Origin: Desulfurococcaceae archaeon
GTDB taxonomy: Archaea; Thermoproteota; Thermoprotei_A; Sulfolobales; Desulfurococcaceae
Length of the DNA: 64,000 bases
Direction: 5' to 3'
Assembly (NCBI GenBank): GCA_038824035.1
Contig: JAWBBW010000005.1
Coordinates: forward strand, 1 to 64,000
Shown: piece after piece, positions 39,896 to 48,853 of the stretch
Numbering within the stretch: position 1 is the stretch's first letter
Layout of the letters: the number at the start of each line of letters is the position of its first letter
The notes under the pieces: generated by a model
Told to the model about the DNA's origin: nothing
What the model saw: only the letters and a program-made list of their open reading frames with translations
Database searches by the model: none
Made by a program: the position numbers and the translations under genes

Positions 39896-40084
39896 CTATT
39901 TCTTGGCAACCCAGCCCTCTTCAACACGTTCCACTAAGCCCTCTTTCTTAAGATCATGTAGCCTTGCCCTCACAGTATTATAGTTTATACCGGTCAATCT
40001 ACTGATCTCCTTGGGCATTAAAGGCTTCGTCTGACTTCTCAGAAACTCCAATAACTTCTCTTTAACGGTCTTGGCCTCACTCAT
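39896..40084 (-). CDS. Small winged-helix DNA-binding protein
   Basis: PKEISRLTGINYNTVRARLHDLKKEGLV. Confidence 0.85.
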   Translation of the reverse strand: MSEAKTVKEKLLEFLRSQTKPLMPKEISRLTGINYNTVRARLHDLKKEGLVERVEEGWVAKK

Positions 40085-40158
40085 CTAGATCCCTCTATAG
40101 TAACGATCTCTTGTTGAGGCTTATAAAAAGTTTTCGGTAATGAAGATCTATGCAATGT

Positions 40159-41451
40159 TCAGCTATCCGGTACAGGTATAGTTGGGTGACCATATAACGC
40201 TCTCAATGGCAAAAACCAGTCATATATTCCAGGTGACGTGTCGAAGAAGTACTTAAAGACAAACACTATCCCAGAATGAAGATTGATCCCATCGATATCT
40301 AGCCTCATGAGGCCAGCCCACAGAAATACCATTGAGTGCCTATCAATGATTCTATTGGATATTGAAGATACATTAGCGCTTTCAGGTGGCTTAAATACAT
40401 CATCATCTGCATTTTGACCGTTTCCAGCTAGAGATAACCCGGTTATCGCCTCTAGTCCCAATGTGTATATGTTCTTGTCATCTCTAAATGGTAGTTTAAA
40501 TATAACCTCGTTAACACCGTTACCCCTGTAGAACGATGCATTAACATTCATCCTCGCAGATCCGTTCACACTATTTATGGATGGTAATCTGTTAAGTGTT
40601 TTGCTATAAATATATAGCTCCAGGTCATCCGGGTTGACAATGTAATTGTTCTCGACATTGTTAACGTATATTTTAACCATTATATTCACAGGGTTAAACA
40701 ACCCGGTTAGATCGCGCCATCCTCTGTAAAAAGTCGTGTTAACCAGTATTGTTAAATTATGATATATCCTCATATAGCCGCTCCACGGCGAATATATGTC
40801 CAGTGATAGATAGACCGTTAAATTAGTCAAGGAGATACTACCAATAGTACTCGTGTTTTTCACATCCACCATGTAATATACAATGACGTTGTCTGGATTG
40901 TATTCTATTGTGTAACCGAATTGTCTCCTTATATTGATCCATTGATCCAGCGTCCTCAGTATAATTACCCTGTATTTATTAGCAACAATTTGAGACGCCG
41001 TGGCCAGTGCATTAACGAAACTATTTAAGCTGTTTAAATACCCCCTTAGATTGTAATTCGCTTCATTCGAGCCAAAGACGTTTATACACGTGATATTTAC
41101 ACCACAATTCACGTTGTTATAACTCTTTCCATTATAATCATCGTAATTGTATAACTTAATGCCCAGCGTAGATCTACCCACTCGTCTCATGATTGTTATG
41201 CCTTCAAAAAACCATTCCTGGTAATTGCTGGCAAATTTCTCGAGAAACTCCATCGAGGCCTCTTCGCTACTTGTTCTAAGTGCTGTCAGCACAATGCTCC
41301 TCAATTCTTCTTCGAAAACCTGTTTCTCCTCTCTCCCAGTCTCCAAGGTGTTTATAATTGTGGATAGGTTGGCTGTCACGAAGTACGTAGTGGCTATGAC
41401 CAATGCTATGAACATTGCTAGAGCGGCTATTATGGGTAAAACACCTCTCAT
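40159..41451 (-). CDS. Pilin/adhesin-like protein with class III-like signal peptide
   Basis: MRG|VLPIIAALAMFIALVIA; Asn-rich with many sequons. Confidence 0.7.
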   Translation of the reverse strand: MRGVLPIIAALAMFIALVIATTYFVTANLSTIINTLETGREEKQVFEEELRSIVLTALRTSSEEASMEFLEKFASNYQEWFFEGITIMRRVGRSTLGIKLYNYDDYNGKSYNNVNCGVNITCINVFGSNEANYNLRGYLNSLNSFVNALATASQIVANKYRVIILRTLDQWINIRRQFGYTIEYNPDNVIVYYMVDVKNTSTIGSISLTNLTVYLSLDIYSPWSGYMRIYHNLTILVNTTFYRGWRDLTGLFNPVNIMVKIYVNNVENNYIVNPDDLELYIYSKTLNRLPSINSVNGSARMNVNASFYRGNGVNEVIFKLPFRDDKNIYTLGLEAITGLSLAGNGQNADDDVFKPPESANVSSISNRIIDRHSMVFLWAGLMRLDIDGINLHSGIVFVFKYFFDTSPGIYDWFLPLRALYGHPTIPVPDS

Positions 41452-41849
41452 TCATACCCCACCTCTATATCGTAGATGTATAGCTTAGCATCTCGAGAAG
41501 TCCTCACGAAAACATGTTTTCTCACATAGATCTCGCTCAGATTTATTCCAATGGGGCTTTTCTCGTATATGTCCTCGGATATTTTCACCCCTTGGAGCGG
41601 ATCGTAGATAGTTATGTTAACCCTGATATACAGCGCTCCGATTTCTGTTGATATCTTCTCGCCCAGTGCTTGAGCGGTCCAGACTGGGCGTGATTCAACA
41701 ATGTAACGTATCTCAAGAGATGGGTCTTTCACATACTGGCCACCTATATATGGGAAAAACGCCGTGTACATGGTCACCGTTGCGAAGACCAACAAGGCCA
41801 TTGCTATGAATGCTGATATCATTATGATCTGCGATTTCATCGAGGCCAC
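41448..41849 (-). CDS. Pilin-like protein
   Basis: MKS|QIIMISAFIAMALLVFA. Confidence 0.7.
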   Translation of the reverse strand: MASMKSQIIMISAFIAMALLVFATVTMYTAFFPYIGGQYVKDPSLEIRYIVESRPVWTAQALGEKISTEIGALYIRVNITIYDPLQGVKISEDIYEKSPIGINLSEIYVRKHVFVRTSRDAKLYIYDIEVGYE

Positions 41850-42955
41850 ACCTCGACTGACATATAGTAATCGAATAGCCCGATGCGTATGTACGAATAA
41901 TGCGTGAACACGTTTACGGCGATTGCTGGTTCTTGCCCAAATAAGAGACTATCTCTGTAAGTGGGAACTATGTATATGTTCCCAGAGATATCCCGCAAAA
42001 TTATTAGAACAGCATTATAGAGCTTGGGATCTATTGTGATTTCCGATGTATTTCCAGGTCTGGGCGTAGTGCTTGAAAAAACCCCGCATTTCGTGTAATT
42101 TATATCACAGTTTCTAGCGGTCACATTATATATAATTGAACTAGTGTTTAATCTGACAACGAAGTATTGGTATTCGCTTGATACATTAAGCCTTCTTGCT
42201 ACATAGTTTATAAATATCTTTTCAACAGTAGTGTTGTAAGTGGTTCCACTGAATATGACTAATCTATTGAAATCATATGTCGTGTTACTATAACTATTGA
42301 ATCCACCGCCACTATAGTATATTATCGTCGTGTTTAATACATTGGGAATCGCGCCATCAATATTAAGGGCCACTACGAGAGATCCATTTATGTTTAGGGG
42401 AAAACCTATTCTCGATGTATTAAACCAGTACTTAACATACCTCGTGACCACTGATTCCTGGACAGCGACAACTGCTACTATGTTTGAAAAAACCGGCAAT
42501 TTAAACGCAGAGGCGTTGATAATATATGTAAATAGGCCGGTTAGCTCATCGAGGACGACATTTTTTGTGAAGCCGTAAAGCCATGTGCCATTAGATAACA
42601 CAAGTAAAACATGCATAGTGCCATTCTCCATTGAAACGGCTTTAATGACATCTCTATCCACCTGGAGAGAAGCGATGCCTGAATTCAATGAAACCCTGTA
42701 CATATACATTGATTTCACATTTGGCGGTAAATAATGACCTAGTAATTCATCGAAATCCGTTAAATTTGAGGTGAAATTACCCTTAGAATACACATCCGTT
42801 AACATTGCCCTAACAAGCCATGCTACAGAAGAGGAGAGATCTGATAATTGCTGTTTAACGTCTATTCTATAATATGTAGTTATGAAAGCGTTGAAATACG
42901 GTATCATGAGGAGTATTATCAATCCAGCTAGGATATATTCTATTATCTCCTTCAC
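41837..42955 (-). CDS. Pilus-associated secreted/membrane protein
   Basis: MKEIIEYILAGLIILLMI N-terminal helix; many NxS/T sequons. Confidence 0.65.
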   Translation of the reverse strand: MKEIIEYILAGLIILLMIPYFNAFITTYYRIDVKQQLSDLSSSVAWLVRAMLTDVYSKGNFTSNLTDFDELLGHYLPPNVKSMYMYRVSLNSGIASLQVDRDVIKAVSMENGTMHVLLVLSNGTWLYGFTKNVVLDELTGLFTYIINASAFKLPVFSNIVAVVAVQESVVTRYVKYWFNTSRIGFPLNINGSLVVALNIDGAIPNVLNTTIIYYSGGGFNSYSNTTYDFNRLVIFSGTTYNTTVEKIFINYVARRLNVSSEYQYFVVRLNTSSIIYNVTARNCDINYTKCGVFSSTTPRPGNTSEITIDPKLYNAVLIILRDISGNIYIVPTYRDSLLFGQEPAIAVNVFTHYSYIRIGLFDYYMSVEVWPR

Positions 42956-45591
42956 GGGCCCCTTACCCCCCGTTTGATCAACACTATGACGATCTCGCTC
43001 TTATCCCCTTTTATATATATTGAGAAATCGACAGCCATACTACTGGAGAACACCACGTATGGCTTGATCTCAAATATCAATAAAGGTGGTCTTTCCTCTT
43101 TGACGTGTTCTGGTGTTCCAAGCCTCACATCGGGTTCAGGGTATACGAATGGCCTGATCCTGATCCACTGGTAAATGGCTGATAATTCACAATTAACGCA
43201 ATTTCCATTGGAAACACCTATGACAACTATGTATGAACCATTCGAATTAAAATCGCTTCTTGTAATATTCCTCTCGATGATAAAATATACTGTATTGTTG
43301 AATAACCCTATAGCGGTGTAATTTAAAATACCAGTAGACGCTCTTAAACCCATTGAAATATGCTTGGGATTTATGAAAGCTGATTCTATCAATAGATATG
43401 ACCAAATTTGATCTATTTTCCTATTAGTCGTCAAGTTATAGCGAGAAGCATGTATAGCCACACCTCTCAGGCTATTGAGCGAGCTCAAACCTATGTTCAA
43501 GGTTATGACAGAGCCACCAGCTATATAGCCTAGTTCCCCATTATACACTAAACCCTCAATGATGTGTTCATAATCTCCACTACTAAACGACACGATTATG
43601 TATACAGGGCCGTATATTCCTAATATTGGTCTATTGATTATTGGTAAACTGACTACCCCTGTTTCATTTGCTTGACTACTACCCACAAATACGAGGGAGC
43701 CATTGATATCAGTATCATACACGCTTATTTTCCAATTCTCCTGTAATCCCTCGAAGTATATATACCTGTGATCTGGTGGGGTCTCTCCATATCTACCGGC
43801 TACTAATAAGTCGAAATAAACCGAGGATTCGTTGTTACTAGATAAAACCATGAATCCTATTCTACTGGGCTCGAAGTTGCCTATTCCAACACCGATCTCT
43901 TTCCTCGCCATCGGCTGATCAGGGTTGGTATAATTACCACCATATAGTGAGATCTCCGTTAAATTCGTGGCTGGGTAAGCCCGTCCAGGCGTTTTACCCA
44001 TGTATATGTACACGTACAGCCATGAATACTCGGGGTATTCCCTGTAATTCCAGGGAATTCTAAGTGATTCTATGATTTGCCAATTCCTTAGATCGCCAGC
44101 ATAAATGAGGTCCCCTATGTAATTGTAAATTGCCAGGTCCATATGCGTATCGTTTATTCTCTGTATATTAAAGAGCGTGCCAAACGCTTTGCTATATAGG
44201 CATCTATCACCAGGGCAGTCAAAGAATATTATACCAAAATACGTGTTCCCATCATGTTTTAAGGGGTTAACGGCTATGATCAATTGACCTTGTTCGTGCC
44301 CGGGCGGATACGATGTTTTATTGAAATACGTATATAATAACCCAGCGTAATAATATCCCAGGCTCTCGTTGGCGTAGACCCTGAGAGCTGTATAGTTACT
44401 ATGGTTTTCTATATCCATTGTCCCATAACCCCACATAGTGCTGTAATTCAATGTACCGTTCTCCATGGGATTTGCAATAACAGGTTTCAAATTAAAAACG
44501 AGCACTGAGGTTATAGATGATACATCGTACAATGCTAATCTATAATCCTGGTCTTCACTTGTTTGGGGACTTCCGTAAGCCTCCACGATAAGCCCCATTC
44601 CATTATCTATTACTTCATATTTGCTTAAACTATACAAGTTTACATAGCTAGTATTCCAATTACCGCTCTTTCTAAAACTAGCCGCTATGTTAAGGCCTGA
44701 TGAGGCAATACTTAAGCTATAAGGAGTCGTGTTTCTAACCCCCCATTCTTGGTTTAAATAACTGGGATTTGACAGTGCTGAAAAGTTTATATAATACCTG
44801 AAAACACGTTCAGGATTGCTTTTTTCACTAGCTAATGGATTTCCCCAATGCATGTATATCGTTACATTACTCCTTGCTCTTAGACTTGGTATTTTAACCC
44901 AGACCTTGGCATATGTATCACTCCATGTCTCTATCCAGTAATCGAGTACATACCCATTGATATCTGTAAATCTGACATCATCTCTCCTCGGGTGATATGT
45001 TTTCCCCCGATATGTACAGTTCAACGCCGAGGGATTAAACTCCACTGGTACCGGGTACTCTACCAGGTCTACACCAGAGTTATCAGTTATTGTCACATTA
45101 ACTCTACAAACCCATACTACGCCCTCTTCATAATAGGCTTCTATTGGCGAATACCCTTCTTGGCTGAATACCTTGATGAAATATCCTTCACCGATTCTCA
45201 ATGCATTGTAATGCTCATATGAAAACGGTGCTAAGAGCTTATATGAGTATACCTTGTTGTCTGGCGAGGACACAACAACGTAGAGATCGTTTGTAACAGG
45301 CACCAGTGAGAATAACCTATTCAATTCAACACCGCTGCCCACATACACGTTGTAACCTTTTTTGCTATAAGCCTCTATTGGATGATTTAACACCATTGTT
45401 GTTAAATTCTCGCCTGAAAACACCATCTTCGATAGCTCAGACGCTATAAATGTGGCTATGCTATCCAAGACCCTTCTATAGTTCTCCACCATATTATATT
45501 CCAGTGTTGAAAACACATGATAGGAGATTCCTATGACCATGGCTATGATCACTAGTGTGCCGATCAAATGCGATACCGGTACATTGGCCAT
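42952..45591 (-). CDS. Large DUF2341-domain pilus-associated adhesin-like protein
   Basis: DDVRFTD..G..LDYWIETW....AKVWVKIP.....VTIYMHWGNP and closing WIRIRPFVYPEP.V..G..E; N-terminal TM helix. Confidence 0.8.
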   Translation of the reverse strand: MANVPVSHLIGTLVIIAMVIGISYHVFSTLEYNMVENYRRVLDSIATFIASELSKMVFSGENLTTMVLNHPIEAYSKKGYNVYVGSGVELNRLFSLVPVTNDLYVVVSSPDNKVYSYKLLAPFSYEHYNALRIGEGYFIKVFSQEGYSPIEAYYEEGVVWVCRVNVTITDNSGVDLVEYPVPVEFNPSALNCTYRGKTYHPRRDDVRFTDINGYVLDYWIETWSDTYAKVWVKIPSLRARSNVTIYMHWGNPLASEKSNPERVFRYYINFSALSNPSYLNQEWGVRNTTPYSLSIASSGLNIAASFRKSGNWNTSYVNLYSLSKYEVIDNGMGLIVEAYGSPQTSEDQDYRLALYDVSSITSVLVFNLKPVIANPMENGTLNYSTMWGYGTMDIENHSNYTALRVYANESLGYYYAGLLYTYFNKTSYPPGHEQGQLIIAVNPLKHDGNTYFGIIFFDCPGDRCLYSKAFGTLFNIQRINDTHMDLAIYNYIGDLIYAGDLRNWQIIESLRIPWNYREYPEYSWLYVYIYMGKTPGRAYPATNLTEISLYGGNYTNPDQPMARKEIGVGIGNFEPSRIGFMVLSSNNESSVYFDLLVAGRYGETPPDHRYIYFEGLQENWKISVYDTDINGSLVFVGSSQANETGVVSLPIINRPILGIYGPVYIIVSFSSGDYEHIIEGLVYNGELGYIAGGSVITLNIGLSSLNSLRGVAIHASRYNLTTNRKIDQIWSYLLIESAFINPKHISMGLRASTGILNYTAIGLFNNTVYFIIERNITRSDFNSNGSYIVVIGVSNGNCVNCELSAIYQWIRIRPFVYPEPDVRLGTPEHVKEERPPLLIFEIKPYVVFSSSMAVDFSIYIKGDKSEIVIVLIKRGVRGP

Positions 45592-46343
45592 TATATCTCA
45601 ATCCTCATGTTGTATGTAATGATCTGGACCCTTATATCTCCGCCGGTGTATTCTGGGTAAACATCTCTCATATAGGTTCTCCTCGTAATCACGCCACTTT
45701 TCTCCCTGTATATGATTGTCAGGTTCAAGCCAGTATATTCCACTATAGATGGTGCTCCAAACATACTTATAGCTATAGATGTCCTATCTCCCGTCGACTT
45801 CCTCACAATGGTGGTCAAGTTTATTATGTTGAGCCTTACGAGATAAGCTATCGTTGTACCGACTTCCGTTGGTTCTATTATGTAATACACCCTACATGTA
45901 TCTAGTTCAATAATGCCCATGTTCCTTTCTTTGTCGTAATAACTAACTACCCTAGCTAAAAGCCTTGTGTCGTTGACTAATAAGTTGTCGCTCCCATATA
46001 CCAATATTCGTCCACCCAACGGCAAATTAGCAATGCCGGCTTGAAACGCCATACAAGGCGTCATATACACAAGCGTGTTGTTCAAGTACACTTCCAATGC
46101 ACCAATTACCCCATAACCATACCCAGCTGTGGGAGTAATGGATGTGGACATCGACCCAGCTCTCAGAGCCAGTGGGATGAACTGGGCTATTTGAATAAAT
46201 GTACTCCTAAGGTAATTATACTCCATGTTTTTAAACGCATAGATAACAGATGGTATTACAACGCTGATTGCTATCAGCATCAGGGATATGAGCGCTGAGA
46301 CCATTATTATCGACGCGATCGTGTCACTAATGACTCTCATCAT
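45591..46343 (-). CDS. Pilin-like protein
   Basis: MMRV|ISDTIASIIMVSALISLMLIA. Confidence 0.7.
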   Translation of the reverse strand: MMRVISDTIASIIMVSALISLMLIAISVVIPSVIYAFKNMEYNYLRSTFIQIAQFIPLALRAGSMSTSITPTAGYGYGVIGALEVYLNNTLVYMTPCMAFQAGIANLPLGGRILVYGSDNLLVNDTRLLARVVSYYDKERNMGIIELDTCRVYYIIEPTEVGTTIAYLVRLNIINLTTIVRKSTGDRTSIAISMFGAPSIVEYTGLNLTIIYREKSGVITRRTYMRDVYPEYTGGDIRVQIITYNMRIEI

Positions 46344-47071
46344 ATGATGGTCACCTCTAATAATATTGACCTCAACACTACATCAACCGGGTATGTGAAT
46401 TTTTCGCTAAATATGGCATCGTTGTCTATGTAAATGGACAAAGATTTAACACCGGTTATTCTCTCAGTCAGTTCGTCACGTGTACTTACAACTAACGATC
46501 CCTGGTCTATTATACGTGGCAGTATTTTGAAAACCCATACCTCGTATACAACGCGATTCTCACTGCTCGCATTTATTTTAAATGCCCTTTTGAAAACATT
46601 TAGAACAGAGAACTCTAGCACGGTGAAACCATCTCTATAATATTCCTTGATAAACGGCACATCGCCGAGCTTGTCAACGGCTAGTTTATTACCAATATTG
46701 TATACCGCTCTCTCCTCTGAAACCAATGGATACTTAACATAGACAGCCAATTCATATTTATACTGGAAAACACGATATAAGGTACTCTCATTGTCCAGCA
46801 TCAATACCACGTAAATCGCGTGATCAACCGTTTTATAACCTATACCCACTACATCGTATGGGTAATTAAACATATAATTGCCCTTATTGAGCACTATTTC
46901 CGGAAACCTAATTGCCATGGAGATCAACTGGTTTTTCACAAAGCCATATTGACTAGCGTATCTACCCGCTTCATTGAGATATAATGTGTAGAAATATACC
47001 GATAGAACTATCGAGAGCGTGATCGAAAAAAGCATTAAAATCGAGATAACCGGGGAAATAGATCTAGCCAT
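46340..47071 (-). CDS. Type IV pilin-like protein (class III signal peptide)
   Basis: MARS|ISPVISILMLFSITLSIV. Confidence 0.8.
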   Translation of the reverse strand: MARSISPVISILMLFSITLSIVLSVYFYTLYLNEAGRYASQYGFVKNQLISMAIRFPEIVLNKGNYMFNYPYDVVGIGYKTVDHAIYVVLMLDNESTLYRVFQYKYELAVYVKYPLVSEERAVYNIGNKLAVDKLGDVPFIKEYYRDGFTVLEFSVLNVFKRAFKINASSENRVVYEVWVFKILPRIIDQGSLVVSTRDELTERITGVKSLSIYIDNDAIFSEKFTYPVDVVLRSILLEVTII

Positions 47072-47086
47072 TACATAAATCCACCA

Positions 47087-48796
47087 CTATAACATGTTCA
47101 ACGAGATCAGTGTTATTGTTGTGAATAATGTGAGGGCCAATGCATGTTTAAACCCGGCACAAATAGTTCCACTAGACACTTTTCCAGCCACTATTCCCAT
47201 CACGTAGTTATTTATGACAATACTTGGAAGTACTAGTTCGGCTGCTTGGTTAAAAGCACCGACTTTAATTGGTAATGATCGCATGAACCCCACCATATAT
47301 ATGATAGTCACCGTGGCTATTAACGCGCCCATATATGGCACTATCATGAGCGTTCTAAGGCTTTTCCTTTTCTCTTCTTCAACTGTTTCAACACTTTCAG
47401 CAAACCAGGCGAGGTTCTCTAGTACCTCGGGCGTGCCTCCACCGACCTCTATAGAATCTAGTAGGACAAATAATAATACCCTACCTTTCCAGGACTTAAC
47501 ATTTTTCACCGTCGACTCTATGATTATTCTCAATGGAGTACCGAGTGTTAATAACATGGATATTTTCTTCAAGTATTTTGAGAATATGCCATAATCTCTC
47601 TTTGAAAGCTCTATAATGCTCTTTTCAGGTGTCAAACCGGTTTTCCTAACCTCCACGAGGTCTCTCAGAAACCTGGTTATCCCCTTGATCACCTTTTGCT
47701 CTTTGGAAGCCTTCTCGTAGTAGATTACAGATGGTATTGTGGCCAATAACAACGACATTGAAAGCACCACAGATGTCCTAGTATATGGTAATCTACTGCT
47801 TAACCCGAATAATGAAAGGGTTTCGCCTATCAGTTGTGTGAACATGTTCGCTCTCAGTGGATGATATGGGTTTGGGATATTGTAGAACAATATTCCGAAT
47901 AGGGATAGAAAAATCGTGATCGGTATAGTTGTGCCCATGTAGACTATTATTGGTTTCCAATCCATTAAAGGCTCCTTGTACTGTATAATATCCGCTAGGT
48001 AAATCACCACACCACTTAGAAGCGGGAGTATTATATATAGAAATAGGAACATTGAAAACGGGCTAAGTCCAAAAGGCACCACCTCCGCGAACGCCACTGT
48101 TGCTAGGTATAGCACTGTGAACGATATCAATGTTAACAAGACCAATGCCAAATAGCTTTCCAGTAACCCACCAAGTCTATCAGCGATGATCTTTAGGCCT
48201 ATTATCATGTCATTGAAGAAAACCCTTGCTTTCCTATTCAAATAATCGATCACGTCTCCACCACTCTCTATCGCTGCTATACACCCACTCAATGTTTCCT
48301 GGAACCTGACACTTGGAACTCTCTCCGCAACCTCGCTTAGAGCTGAAATAGGGTCTTTTCCAAGCGCCCTTGTAAACGTGATGAATTTTTTAATTATCCC
48401 GGCTGTCTTGGTCAATATGTGTCCTCTTTCGCCTAATCTCTCGAAAGCCATATATGGCGAAATACCACTCATCATTATTGTGCTTAAATAGCTGACCATA
48501 TATGGTAACTCGCTGTCTATTGCCGATGCTTTGCCGGATTCTGAAATTATCGGGATAATATACATTAACGATAATGTCAACATTGGCATGGCAATTGGGA
48601 TAACAATCATGAACATATTTCTCAACAAGTACATGCCAATTATGGAAACGGGGATCGAAGCTATCAATGAGACTATAAATGCTGCTGACATGTAGAATAC
48701 ATATGTATCTACGTGAATATTGTAGCCAGCTCTTCTTAGATGTATACCCAGGTCTGGGAACATTCTATTTATGACAATCGATATCTTGTTTAACAA
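47087..48796 (-). CDS. Type II/IV secretion system F (TadC/FlaJ-like) membrane platform with two T2SF domains
   Basis: ELPY......MSG, AIESGG, FLRDLVEVRKTGL.PE, SIEVGG, GIVAGK; the frame stays open upstream to 48853 (possible CTG start at 48847). Confidence 0.92.
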   Translation of the reverse strand: MLNKISIVINRMFPDLGIHLRRAGYNIHVDTYVFYMSAAFIVSLIASIPVSIIGMYLLRNMFMIVIPIAMPMLTLSLMYIIPIISESGKASAIDSELPYMVSYLSTIMMSGISPYMAFERLGERGHILTKTAGIIKKFITFTRALGKDPISALSEVAERVPSVRFQETLSGCIAAIESGGDVIDYLNRKARVFFNDMIIGLKIIADRLGGLLESYLALVLLTLISFTVLYLATVAFAEVVPFGLSPFSMFLFLYIILPLLSGVVIYLADIIQYKEPLMDWKPIIVYMGTTIPITIFLSLFGILFYNIPNPYHPLRANMFTQLIGETLSLFGLSSRLPYTRTSVVLSMSLLLATIPSVIYYEKASKEQKVIKGITRFLRDLVEVRKTGLTPEKSIIELSKRDYGIFSKYLKKISMLLTLGTPLRIIIESTVKNVKSWKGRVLLFVLLDSIEVGGGTPEVLENLAWFAESVETVEEEKRKSLRTLMIVPYMGALIATVTIIYMVGFMRSLPIKVGAFNQAAELVLPSIVINNYVMGIVAGKVSSGTICAGFKHALALTLFTTITLISLNML

Positions 48797-48853
48797 GGAA
48801 TAGACAAGGCTCTGTATGCCGATCTTCTCTTCTCTTTGATTTTTCAGGGCATA

